A stretch of DNA of 64,000 nt from assembly GCA_964541895.1 (NCBI GenBank), contig CAZISM010000001.1:22796-86795 (forward strand), in the 5' to 3' direction. Shown here in pieces: positions 39,579-48,769 of the stretch (its first letter is position 1; every line of letters begins with the position of its first letter). Origin of the DNA: an uncultured Cytophagia bacterium. GTDB taxonomy: Bacteria; Zhuqueibacterota; Zhuqueibacteria; Residuimicrobiales; Residuimicrobiaceae. The notes under the pieces were generated by a model, which saw only the letters and a program-made list of their open reading frames with translations, was not told the DNA's origin and did not search any database. Both the position numbers and the translations under genes were made by a program.

Positions 39579-40481
39579 ATGCGCAAAGTAATTGCTTCAA
39601 TTTTTATCCTGATGGTCGCCGTGACCATCGTAGCCGCCCAGGGGAAGAAACGAGTCGCTGTGTTTACTTTCGAGGACAAAACGGCGCATACGTGGCACTG
39701 GTGGACCGGGCAGCCGGTGGGGGAGGGGATGGCGGATATGCTGATCACATCCCTTGTAAAGACGGGAAAATATACCGTGCTGGAGCGAACACAGATCGCC
39801 AAACTGATGGAAGAACAAAAGCTGGGCCAGACCGGTGCCGTCACGCCGGAGAGCGCGGCCAAAGTGGGGCAGCTGCTCGGCGTCGAACTGGCCATTATGG
39901 GTTCGGTAACCGAATTCGGCTATTCCAAGAAGGAGGTAGGGGGTGCTCTTAAAAAAGTAGGCTTTGGTGTAGGCGTAAAAAGCCAAAAAGCGACCGTTGC
40001 GGTTGATGTTCGTTTTGTCAATACCAGCAGCGGCGAGATCATGTCCGCGGAATCGGTGCGTGAAGAAGAGTCTTCCAAAGGGATTTCCCTGGACACCCAG
40101 AAATTCGATTTTGACAATCAGAGCCAATTCGACGAGTCCATCGTCGGCAAGGCGACTCGCAAAGCCATTGACAAGATGGTCGGCCTGATCGACGGTGCCT
40201 CTGCCAATGTGTCGTTCTCCGCCAAAATCATCAAAGCCGATGGTCAGATCTTTATCAATGTCGGCGCCGCATCCGGCGTTAAAGTCGGTGATGTGTACAC
40301 CGTGTACCGTAAAGGGGAAGATTTGACCGATCCGGATACAGGCCTGTCGCTGGGCGCCACCGAAAGCAAAATCGGCCGCATCAAAGTGGTCGACAATAAC
40401 ATCGGCAACGGCAAGGCCTCCTCATGTGAAGCCATCGAAGGATCCGGATTTCAGAGGAATGACCTGGTAAAACAGAAATAG
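39579..40481 (+). CDS. CsgG-family protein (curli-type outer-membrane secretion channel homologue); ORF track GTG start at 39567
   Basis: KRVAVFTFEDKT..GEGMADMLITSLVKTGKYTVLERTQIAKLMEEQKLGQTGAV..VGQLLGVELAIMGSVTEFG is the CsgG N-terminal signature. Signal peptide has no lipobox Cys. Confidence 0.75.
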   Translation: MRKVIASIFILMVAVTIVAAQGKKRVAVFTFEDKTAHTWHWWTGQPVGEGMADMLITSLVKTGKYTVLERTQIAKLMEEQKLGQTGAVTPESAAKVGQLLGVELAIMGSVTEFGYSKKEVGGALKKVGFGVGVKSQKATVAVDVRFVNTSSGEIMSAESVREEESSKGISLDTQKFDFDNQSQFDESIVGKATRKAIDKMVGLIDGASANVSFSAKIIKADGQIFINVGAASGVKVGDVYTVYRKGEDLTDPDTGLSLGATESKIGRIKVVDNNIGNGKASSCEAIEGSGFQRNDLVKQK

Positions 40482-40561
40482 CGGCAGCAATGAGCTGAAC
40501 GGGCATGGAGGAGTTGATGCAGCGTGCGACTCCTCTTTTATTTTATGGAGAGTCAGGAACT

Positions 40562-41305
40562 ATGAACATGGGCAAACAGGTGTGCATGATTCTCATGGCG
40601 ATGGCCCTGATCTGGAGTGGAACGGCGCCGGCGGCTAAACCGATCGGAACCTTTGCCTTTATCCTCGGCGGTCCGCAGGATGTTCAAGTGAAAAGCAAAG
40701 GCGGAGCGGTCTGGAATTCGGCCAAGCTGGGACTGACGGTGAGCGACGGCGACTGGATCAAGACCAAAAAAGAGTCGCGTTGTGAAATCAAACTGGCGGA
40801 CAAGAGTCTGATTCGCCTCGGTGAGGAAACCGAGTTTGAATTTACGGCGGCGAATATCACGGCGCAGCAGCGCAACGTCAAGGGCGATTTGAAAACCGGT
40901 CAGGTTTATCTTAACCTGAACACAAAAACGTCCAGCAAAAGTCAGTTTCAGATCAAGGCGCCTACTGCGGTCTGCGCAGTCCGGGGCACCATTTACCGCA
41001 TCGATGCAGACTCGACCACCCAGTGCACCGTGTACGACGGCACCGTGGACGTAGGGCCGGCCAAGTTGTGGGGTCAGCCGGTCAAGCGGGAAGGTAAAAG
41101 CCTGCAACCCTATCAGGTGCCGGGTCCGTCGCAGGTACCGGGTCCGTATGAAGTGAGCCTGGATCAATGGGTACAGATTGTCAAGGGATTCCAGATCACG
41201 GTGCGCCGGGACGGCAAATTCGCTAAAACACAATTCGATGCCCAACAGGATGCCGGGGACGAGTGGGTCAAGTGGAACAAGCAACGTGATGGCATGGTGA
41301 AATAG
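40562..41305 (+). CDS. FecR-domain secreted protein
   Basis: Signal peptide MNMGKQVCMILMAMALIWSGTAPAA. FecR-like beta segment (CEIKLADKSLIRLGEETEFEF..VRGTIYRIDAD). Confidence 0.65.
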   Translation: MNMGKQVCMILMAMALIWSGTAPAAKPIGTFAFILGGPQDVQVKSKGGAVWNSAKLGLTVSDGDWIKTKKESRCEIKLADKSLIRLGEETEFEFTAANITAQQRNVKGDLKTGQVYLNLNTKTSSKSQFQIKAPTAVCAVRGTIYRIDADSTTQCTVYDGTVDVGPAKLWGQPVKREGKSLQPYQVPGPSQVPGPYEVSLDQWVQIVKGFQITVRRDGKFAKTQFDAQQDAGDEWVKWNKQRDGMVK

Positions 41306-41316
41306 CGACACGGACT

Positions 41317-42552
41317 ATGGCCTCTTCCAAATTCGAAAAGATTGACAGCATCATCGTCGTATTCCTTTCTCTGCTCTTCGCTCTTTTTCTATATGAAATG
41401 CGACTGGCGCTGATACCGCCGTTTCTTACGATCATCCTGGTCATTTTACTGCTGCCGCTGCGGCAGCACGCCTATGTTCGCTATATCATCGGTGTGGTGA
41501 TCGCCATATTTGTCTTCTGGTTCATGCGTGAAACCAAAGCCATCATCGCGCCTTTTGCCATCGCGCTGGTATTGGCCTATCTTTTTGACCCGCTGGTCAC
41601 CGCATTGGAAAAAAGACACATTGCGCGCCTGGCCAGCGTATCCATTATTGTGGTTTCGACCGGGTTGATTTTCGGCAGCCTGCTCTATTTCATGATACCC
41701 CGCATGTTCGCGGAAATGCGCGATTTGCTGGTGTTTATGCTCGGGACGCCCACCCGTTTGACCGAATGGTTGAAAGCGGATGGCGCCGAGTTTTTTAAGA
41801 GTCTAGGCATCGATCCGGTGCAGGTGGAGGCGTACATTGCCGCCAAACTGCCGCTCAAGTACTACCAATGGCTGGAAGCGGCCCTCAACTGGGTTATGGC
41901 ACTGCCCAAAAACGCGCCGCGTATTTTCAGCGGCCTGGTCTACGCTGTTCTCATTCCTTTTCTGTTTTTTTATATTCTCAAGGATTTCGACAAGGTCAAG
42001 CGCTGGACCAAAGAGCTGCTGCCCATAGAAAGCAGCTGGGTGGTCAAAGACTATCTGGACCGCATCAATGCCATCATCAGCGGCTTTTTTCGCGGCCAGC
42101 TCATCGTCTGCCTGACGGTTGGAATTTTGACTACGCTGGTGTTGCTGATTCTGCAGGTGCAATATGCCGTTTTGCTCGGCCTGCTGGCCGGCGCGCTCAA
42201 CATTGTGCCCTATGTCGGGCTGGGCATCACGCTGTTTATCGGTCTGCTCATTGGCTTAACCGGGCCCAATCCGATGGTCACATCGGCAAAAATCGTGTTT
42301 GCCATCGAAGGGGTTCGCTTGCTGGAGGGGTCGTTTATTGCCCCGAGAATCGTCGGCGATCGCGTCGGGCTGCATCCGGTTTGGGTGATCTTTTCCATCC
42401 TGATTTTTGCGCATCAGCTCGGCGTTCTGGGACTGGTGATTGCCGTACCGCTGGCAGCCAGCTTGAAGATATTTATCTCCATAGGCATTCGAAGTTACCG
42501 AAGAAGGGTCTGGCGCCGGCCAGTGCGGAAACATGAAGATACGTCGCGTTGA
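41317..42552 (+). CDS. AI-2E family transporter (PerM/YhhT, UPF0118)
   Basis: 8-TM protein. Conserved C-terminal GLLAGALNIVPYVG..GLLIGL motif. Confidence 0.8.
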   Translation: MASSKFEKIDSIIVVFLSLLFALFLYEMRLALIPPFLTIILVILLLPLRQHAYVRYIIGVVIAIFVFWFMRETKAIIAPFAIALVLAYLFDPLVTALEKRHIARLASVSIIVVSTGLIFGSLLYFMIPRMFAEMRDLLVFMLGTPTRLTEWLKADGAEFFKSLGIDPVQVEAYIAAKLPLKYYQWLEAALNWVMALPKNAPRIFSGLVYAVLIPFLFFYILKDFDKVKRWTKELLPIESSWVVKDYLDRINAIISGFFRGQLIVCLTVGILTTLVLLILQVQYAVLLGLLAGALNIVPYVGLGITLFIGLLIGLTGPNPMVTSAKIVFAIEGVRLLEGSFIAPRIVGDRVGLHPVWVIFSILIFAHQLGVLGLVIAVPLAASLKIFISIGIRSYRRRVWRRPVRKHEDTSR

Positions 42553-43804
42553 ACCGAAATCAGCCGCCGCCAGGGCGGGATTTCGCGACGGGGATGATAT
42601 ACTGGAAATCAACGGTTTTGCCATTCGGGATGAGATCGATTTTTACTATCATGCCGCCGATGATGACCTCGAATACCTCGTCCAACGACACGATCGCAGG
42701 TTCATGATTCCCGTTCCGCTGGCCATACACGGCGGCTTTGGCCTTGAATTTGAGGGCATGGACTATCGCCACTGCGGTAACAACTGCATCTTTTGCTTTG
42801 TGGATCAAAATCCTTCCGGTCTTCGGCAACCGCTCTATTTCAAAGATGAAGACTACCGGCTTTCATTCCTGTACGGCAACTATGTCACGCTGACGAACGT
42901 TTCCAAGAATCAGATGCAGCGCATTGTGGATCAGCGGTTGTCGCCGCTGTACATCTCTGTGCATGCCGTTGATCCCCTGGTCCGGCAAAAAATGCTCGGC
43001 CTGCGGCGAGACGACCGTTTGCTGGAGAAAATGGCTTTCCTGGCCGATCACCAAATTCAAATGCACACCCAGCTGGTGTTGTGTCCGGGCTGGAATGACG
43101 GTGCTGTGCTGGAAGACAGCCTGCAAAAGCTGGCCGGTCTCTTCCCGGCTGTGCAGTCCATTGCCGTGGTGCCGTTGGGCTTGACCCGACACCGTCAAGA
43201 ACTGCCGATGCTGCAACCGGTAACCCGGCCACACGCCCGTCGCATCATCACCCAGGTGGAACGCGCCGCCGTCCGATTTAAAACCAAGCTTGACTCTTTT
43301 TTTGTCTACCTGGCGGATGAATTCTATATCAAGGCCGGCCATGAGATACCCGCAAGTGAGCGCTATGACGATTTTCCGCAGATCGAAAACGGAGTCGGCA
43401 TGTGTCGTCGGTTTCTGCAGGATTTGGCCAGAGAGAGACGGTATTTCCCGAAAAAAAGCAAAAAGACGAGCGCACTGATCGTAACCGGGCTGTCGGCGGC
43501 GCCTTTTCTACGCCGACACCTGCTGCCGGCGCTTGACACGGTTCGCGGTTTCTCGGCCGAGGTGGTGCCCATACGCAATCGTTTTCTGGGCCCGCGCGTC
43601 ACCGTATCCGGACTGTTAACCGGACAAGATATATATAATCAATTAAAAGCCCGTCACGACAGCGATCTTGTTTTTTTGCCGCCGAACTGTTTGAATGAGG
43701 ACGGACTTTTTCTGGACGACTGGACACCGCAGCAGCTGCAGGACCGGCTTGGTGTCCCTGTTAAGCAACCTTTACGTTTGAGAGACCTGGTTAAAACCCT
43801 ATGA
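42533..43804 (+). CDS. PDZ-domain + DUF512 radical-SAM-like protein (CxxxCxxC)
   Basis: N-terminal PDZ (AGFRDGDDILEING). HCGNNCIFC cluster. Overlaps both flanking genes. Confidence 0.65.
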   Translation: MKIRRVEPKSAAARAGFRDGDDILEINGFAIRDEIDFYYHAADDDLEYLVQRHDRRFMIPVPLAIHGGFGLEFEGMDYRHCGNNCIFCFVDQNPSGLRQPLYFKDEDYRLSFLYGNYVTLTNVSKNQMQRIVDQRLSPLYISVHAVDPLVRQKMLGLRRDDRLLEKMAFLADHQIQMHTQLVLCPGWNDGAVLEDSLQKLAGLFPAVQSIAVVPLGLTRHRQELPMLQPVTRPHARRIITQVERAAVRFKTKLDSFFVYLADEFYIKAGHEIPASERYDDFPQIENGVGMCRRFLQDLARERRYFPKKSKKTSALIVTGLSAAPFLRRHLLPALDTVRGFSAEVVPIRNRFLGPRVTVSGLLTGQDIYNQLKARHDSDLVFLPPNCLNEDGLFLDDWTPQQLQDRLGVPVKQPLRLRDLVKTL

Positions 43805-45123
43805 ACAAAAAAATACCCGTCGTCGCCATCGTGGGTCGCCCCAATGTGGGCAAATCGACCCTTTTCAACAGAATCATTCAAAAGCGCGAAGCCATAGTCG
43901 ATGACAAGCCCGGAGTCACGCGAGATCGCAAGCAGGAACGGGCTGACTGGATCGGCGTCGCCTTTGAGGTGGTGGACACCGGTGGGTATGTGACCGGTCG
44001 AGAAGATGTGTTTGCCAATGCCATTCGGGAGCAGGTCCACTATGCTCTGCAGCAGGCCGATGTCGTCGTCCTGGTCGTCGATATCACCACCGGTGTGACC
44101 GCGATGGACCTCGATATCGCCCGGCTTTTGCACAAAGCCACTCTGCCGGTGCTCCTGGCGGTTAACAAAATTGACAATGAAAAGAGAGAGTACGACCTCG
44201 GCGAATTTTACAGCCTGGGCCTCGGCGAACCGATTCCCGTATCCGCTATGAGCGGTAGGATGATGGGGGATTTTCTCGATGCCGTTGTGGGCCAATTGCC
44301 CCATCGGCCGAAACCGGAAGAAGAAAAAGGGGCGGCCTTGAAACTGGCCATCATCGGCAGGCCGAATGTGGGCAAGTCGTCTTTCATTAACGCTATCCTG
44401 GGCGAGAACAAGCAAATTGTGACCGATATCCCGGGCACCACTCGCGACAGCATCGATACGCGCATGCGTTATCAGAATACCGAATTCGTTCTCATCGATA
44501 CGGCCGGATTGCGCCGTAAGGCGCGCGTCAAAGAGAATATCGAATATTTCAGCACGGTTCGAACGCACAACGCCATCAAGCGATGCGACGTAGCCGTCGT
44601 CATTCTGGATGCCACTGAGATAATCGCCGACCAGGACAAAAAAATCATGGAAGCGGCCCTCACCGCAGGCAAAGGCGTGGTGGTGGCGGTCAATAAATGG
44701 GATCTGATCGAAAAGGATACGCTCACTGCGCAGAAATTCCGGCAGCAACTGCAGGAATCGGTCCGCGACATGCAATTTCTACCGATCTTGTTCATCTCGG
44801 CCAAGGTGCAGCAGAGAGTGTTCAAGGTTCTTGATACGGCGTTGCAGGTTTTTGAAGAGCTGCACAAACAGCTTAAAACAGCCGAGCTGAACAAATTTCT
44901 CGAAGCCGCCGTTGAGCATAACCACCCGCCGGCCTTTGGCGACAAGTGGGTTAAAATCAATTATGTGACGCAAACAAAAGTCAAGCCGCCGCTGTTCAGC
45001 TTTTTTACCAACGAGCCCAGAGGCATTCCGCAGAATTACCGCAACTATCTGGAAAACCTGCTGCGCGAACAATTCGGTTTTCTCGGCGTTCCCATTCGTT
45101 TTGTATTTCGAAAGAAAAACTAG
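43801..45123 (+). CDS. der: Ribosome-associated GTPase Der (EngA): two GTPase domains + KH-like C-terminal domain
   Basis: G1 motifs [12 protein letters not shown] and [16 protein letters not shown] and DTAG G3 motifs. NKID and NKWD G4 motifs. Confidence 0.92.
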   Translation: MNKKIPVVAIVGRPNVGKSTLFNRIIQKREAIVDDKPGVTRDRKQERADWIGVAFEVVDTGGYVTGREDVFANAIREQVHYALQQADVVVLVVDITTGVTAMDLDIARLLHKATLPVLLAVNKIDNEKREYDLGEFYSLGLGEPIPVSAMSGRMMGDFLDAVVGQLPHRPKPEEEKGAALKLAIIGRPNVGKSSFINAILGENKQIVTDIPGTTRDSIDTRMRYQNTEFVLIDTAGLRRKARVKENIEYFSTVRTHNAIKRCDVAVVILDATEIIADQDKKIMEAALTAGKGVVVAVNKWDLIEKDTLTAQKFRQQLQESVRDMQFLPILFISAKVQQRVFKVLDTALQVFEELHKQLKTAELNKFLEAAVEHNHPPAFGDKWVKINYVTQTKVKPPLFSFFTNEPRGIPQNYRNYLENLLREQFGFLGVPIRFVFRKKN

Positions 45124-45125
45124 CC

Positions 45126-46838
45126 ATGCGGTATGATTTGTGTCTGCTGCTCCTTGTGGGCGGATTATCAGCGCTCCCGGCCAAAGATACGGCTCTGCAA
45201 CGAATCGAATCTGATTTTGCGGCCGGCATGCTTTCGCGTGCGCGAGCCGTGGCCTATCAGCTGCAGGCCATACGCGAGCCGGAGAAATTGCCGGACCCTT
45301 ATCGCTCACTGGACGCAGGCCTGACGCGTGAGGCCACTCGCCTGAAAAACGAAGCCTTGTCGCTGATCGACGGAGCCCTCCCGCAGGAGCGGGAACTTTT
45401 GCAGCAGGTCCTGCTGCGGCCGGAGCTGCCCCTGAGCCTGGTCAGCAGCGGCGGCCATTTTAAAATCCATTATACCCTGGAAGGTATCAACGCGGCGACG
45501 CCGGATTTTGTGCAAGCTGCAGCCGCGGCGTTTGAATATTGCTGGAGGGTGGAAGTGGAGCAGTTGGGCTTTCAGCCGCCGCCGCCGGATGATGTCGATG
45601 GCCCAGAGATTGATGTATATGTTCTTCAATATGGAGATTACGGTTCCACCACACCGGATCGTCCCGTGCCCTCCACGCCGCAGGAGGACTATACGTCGTG
45701 GATTGAAATGGATAACGATTTTATCCATACCCCCACCAGAGGGCTGGATGGCATGCGCGTAACCGCGGCCCACGAACTGTTTCACACCATCCAATTCGGC
45801 TACCGCTCTTATCAGACCACGACACAGTCTTCCGTTTACTTTTACGAAGCAACGGCCGCATGGATGGAAGACGTTGTATACGACGACATCAACGACTATC
45901 TGAACTATCTCAAATCGTTTTTCCGCTCTCCGGAGATACCGTTTACAAGCGCCAACGGCACCGTCGAATATGGTCGGGCAATATTTTTTCACATGCTGTC
46001 AGAAAAATATGATACCGGCATTATGAAAGCCATCTGGGATGAAATGAGAACGACCGAACCCCTGGAGGCCTTGTACACAGTGCTGGTTCGCCGGGGCAGC
46101 AATCTCAATATGGCGCTGGCGGAGTTTGCCGTCTGGAACTGCCATACGGCGACGCAGGCAGACACCAGCCGCTTTTACTCAGAGGGACATCTGTTTCCCG
46201 CCCTGACGGCCAACACCTCTTTTGAACTGACCTCGTCGCTGGCGATTTCCGGGACCGCAGCGCCTCTATCAACGCATTATTATAAAATCACCAGCCAGGC
46301 CGGCCTGGCAGATATTCTGGTGTCACCGTCGCTTTCCGATCCTTTTAATGCCGTTTATGCGCTGTCATGGCAGAACTGGACCGCTACCCCCTTGTCAGAC
46401 GTGCTGGCCGGCCCCACCAGCAAGAACCTCGCCAGCGTGTCCGGCAGCGCCCCGCTCTGGATCATGCCGATTTATACGCGATCGCCCTATACCGCCGGCC
46501 GTGATTTGTCTTTCACCTTTGCACTTAACCTTGGTGAGGAAAAGTCGATCTCATCCCAAATCGTATTGGCCTATCCTAATCCATTTCGGCCGCCGGCTGA
46601 TCGCAAATTGACCATCGCCTTTCTGATCCAGACCGCAGAACAGGTCTCTGCCAGCATACTGTCCGAGCAGGGGATTGAAATCTGGTCCCAGTCTTTGGGC
46701 GCGTGCCCTAAAGGCTGGAACAAATGCGAGTGGGACGGCAAGGACAGAAGCGGCCGTTACGTGGCATCAGCCATTTATCTATTTATGATTCGTACAGCTT
46801 CCTGGACCGAGGTGTGCAAATTTTCTTACCTCCGTTAG
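45126..46838 (+). CDS. Secreted HExxH zinc metalloprotease with T9SS (Por) C-terminal sorting domain
   Basis: Signal peptide. TAAHELFHTIQFGY motif. C-terminal AYPNPFRPP..WDGKDRSGRYVASAIYLF matches the TIGR04183-type CTD. Confidence 0.75.
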   Translation: MRYDLCLLLLVGGLSALPAKDTALQRIESDFAAGMLSRARAVAYQLQAIREPEKLPDPYRSLDAGLTREATRLKNEALSLIDGALPQERELLQQVLLRPELPLSLVSSGGHFKIHYTLEGINAATPDFVQAAAAAFEYCWRVEVEQLGFQPPPPDDVDGPEIDVYVLQYGDYGSTTPDRPVPSTPQEDYTSWIEMDNDFIHTPTRGLDGMRVTAAHELFHTIQFGYRSYQTTTQSSVYFYEATAAWMEDVVYDDINDYLNYLKSFFRSPEIPFTSANGTVEYGRAIFFHMLSEKYDTGIMKAIWDEMRTTEPLEALYTVLVRRGSNLNMALAEFAVWNCHTATQADTSRFYSEGHLFPALTANTSFELTSSLAISGTAAPLSTHYYKITSQAGLADILVSPSLSDPFNAVYALSWQNWTATPLSDVLAGPTSKNLASVSGSAPLWIMPIYTRSPYTAGRDLSFTFALNLGEEKSISSQIVLAYPNPFRPPADRKLTIAFLIQTAEQVSASILSEQGIEIWSQSLGACPKGWNKCEWDGKDRSGRYVASAIYLFMIRTASWTEVCKFSYLR

Positions 46839-46868
46839 GCAGGTGTACAAAAATTGGACAAAAACCGC

Positions 46869-46897
46869 TTGACAAAGCTCTTTTTTATTTCTAAATT
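46869..46897 (+). promoter_or_regulatory. Sigma-70-like promoter candidate: -35 TTGACA, 17 bp spacer, -10 TAAATT
   Basis: Read directly. Lies about 300 nt upstream of the next gene inside a 353-bp AT-rich spacer. Confidence 0.3.
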
Positions 46898-47084
46898 CAA
46901 TAAATAGGCAATATTGTGTCACAAGAACGTGATAAAAGCCAGATGTACTCTTTCGAAACAGTGGTGCAGTAAAAGCAGGCAAAAAAGGGTCAGTTTGCAC
47001 AGCAGCAGATAGTTCTCAATACGTAGTGATGGTATAACTCATTTATAAACAACATCTGCACGAACCGCTCCCGGTGCAGCCACC

Positions 47085-47100
47085 TGGCATTATTATTGCA
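47085..47100 (+). promoter_or_regulatory. Sigma-54 promoter: TGGCAT-N5-TTGCA (-24/-12 elements, canonical spacing)
   Basis: ctGGcattattatTGCa: GG and GC exactly 10 nt apart. About 90 nt upstream of ATG 47192. Confidence 0.6.
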
Positions 47101-47191
47101 ATGCACTATCAGGAGAATTATATCGGGCAGGGCAACTGACGGTTATGAGCAATTTAACACCATTCAAGCCTTCTGATAGGGGAAGCGACCT

Positions 47192-48496
47192 ATGAGGTAC
47201 AAGTTAGTCGTTCTATTCGTGTGTGCCATGGCCTTTGTGACCCAGGCAGCAGATGCACCCAAAGAGAAGGAAGCAAAGCTGGGCATCGGCCTTAATGCGG
47301 GCGTGCAAAAACCGTATTGCGACGTTCTGCACACCGGTTTGGCACCGGCCGGCGAAGTAATGATGCGCCTGCTGTTAGGCAAAATGTTCAACATCTCTCT
47401 TTCTGTAGGTGGAGGCCTGCTGAGTGACGGCTTTTCCTATTCCACCTTTAAAACGACGATGGCGGTGGCGGATTTAAAGCTTAACGTCAATCTGAGCACC
47501 ACAGGCCGCATGCGACCATACCTCTCGGTGGGTGCCAGCGGCTACAGCTTTGATTATAAAAAAGAAAAGCCGTGGGCGATCGGCTTGCCCGGCAATGAGG
47601 GCAAGCGTTTTACCTCCAGCGCTGTTATCTTTGGCGGCGGCGTCGAGTATTTGACCTCGCCGAAATTTGCCATCAACCTCTTTGCCGATTACCGGCATAC
47701 ACCGACTGATTTGCTGGATGGTGCCGAAATCGGCAAAGCCAAGGACGGCTATCTCAACGGCAGAGTCGGTTTCACCTATTATCTGGGCGGCCGTTCCATC
47801 AAAAAAGCCGGCAAGCCGGAGGACGATCTGATCGCCCTGCAACAGGGTGAGGCCGGCGATCTGAACGCAGTGAACAAGGACAAATTGGCGACCTTTGAAG
47901 CCAAGCTCGACAAACTGGAAGCCGGTGACGCCGACCTCTCCATGGAGTCCTATGTGCGACTAAAGTCGCGCGTGGACGAACTTGGCCAGTTGATAGAGAG
48001 CAAAGAGAAAGAGCTGGACGATCTGCACTCGGCGCTGGATTTTAAAAATCGCCGCATCGCGGATCTGGAATCTTCGCTGCAAAAGGCAACAAGCGTCGGC
48101 ATTCCTGCCGGCAGCGTGAGCGTGACGGACTTTAGCCCGGCCTACGATCAGGCTCTGCGCAATTTCTACAGCCGCAACTACAACGAAGCCATTGCCGTGT
48201 TCGAACAGCTCAAGATCAAATATCCCAACCATGCCCTGGCAAGCAACTGCCAATACTGGGTGGGAGAGTGTTACTTTGGCATGCAGAACTATCAGCAAGC
48301 CCTGGACGCATTTCAAGGTGTTTTCAACTGGGCCAATTCCACCAAAAAGGATGATGCAACCCTCATGCTGGGCAGGTGCTATCTCAACCTGAAAGATCAG
48401 GAAAAAGCGCGCGGCTACTTTAAGGGGGTCATCGACGATTATCCGGATAGCGAGTATCGCGAAAAAGCCAGACAATGGCTGAATAGAATAGGCTGA
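47192..48496 (+). CDS. Outer-membrane beta-barrel (OmpA-N-like) fused via coiled coil to YbgF/CpoB-like TPR domain
   Basis: Signal peptide. Beta-strand-rich N-terminal half with aromatic-ended strands. Coiled coil (KLDKLEAGD..IADLESSLQK). C-terminal YbgF-like TPR (NYNEAIAVFEQLKIKYPNHALASNCQYWVGECYF). Confidence 0.7.
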   Translation: MRYKLVVLFVCAMAFVTQAADAPKEKEAKLGIGLNAGVQKPYCDVLHTGLAPAGEVMMRLLLGKMFNISLSVGGGLLSDGFSYSTFKTTMAVADLKLNVNLSTTGRMRPYLSVGASGYSFDYKKEKPWAIGLPGNEGKRFTSSAVIFGGGVEYLTSPKFAINLFADYRHTPTDLLDGAEIGKAKDGYLNGRVGFTYYLGGRSIKKAGKPEDDLIALQQGEAGDLNAVNKDKLATFEAKLDKLEAGDADLSMESYVRLKSRVDELGQLIESKEKELDDLHSALDFKNRRIADLESSLQKATSVGIPAGSVSVTDFSPAYDQALRNFYSRNYNEAIAVFEQLKIKYPNHALASNCQYWVGECYFGMQNYQQALDAFQGVFNWANSTKKDDATLMLGRCYLNLKDQEKARGYFKGVIDDYPDSEYREKARQWLNRIG

Positions 48497-48501
48497 AAAT
48501 T

Positions 48502-48538
48502 AAAAAGGCCGACCTGTAACAGAGGTTGGCCTTTTTTC
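48502..48538. terminator. Bidirectional rho-independent terminator (A5-ggccgacc/ggttggcc-T6)
   Basis: Read directly, between convergent genes. Confidence 0.6.
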
Positions 48539-48575
48539 TTAAGGGCTTGCAAGCCCACCGCGGATGGGTGGGCGG

Positions 48576-48758
48576 CTATTTCTTCTCCCCATATTTTTCC
48601 ACAAACGACCTGATCTCGTCAAGGTGCTGCAAAATCAGTTTTGCTTTTCCCACACCAAAACTGAACGGAAACCGTTCACCCGGATTCAAGGTCAGCACCG
48701 GGTTCCCTTTGTATTCGCCCACGATCGGGCCGGCAGGTTTTTCTTCCTGATCGCTCAT
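48576..48758 (-). CDS. Small hypothetical protein (60 aa) immediately downstream of the cyclase gene
   Basis: Co-oriented, 11-nt gap after the cyclase stop. No recognisable domain. Overlaps two + strand ORFs of similar size. Confidence 0.35.
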   Translation of the reverse strand: MSDQEEKPAGPIVGEYKGNPVLTLNPGERFPFSFGVGKAKLILQHLDEIRSFVEKYGEKK

Positions 48759-48769
48759 AGGATTTCCTC

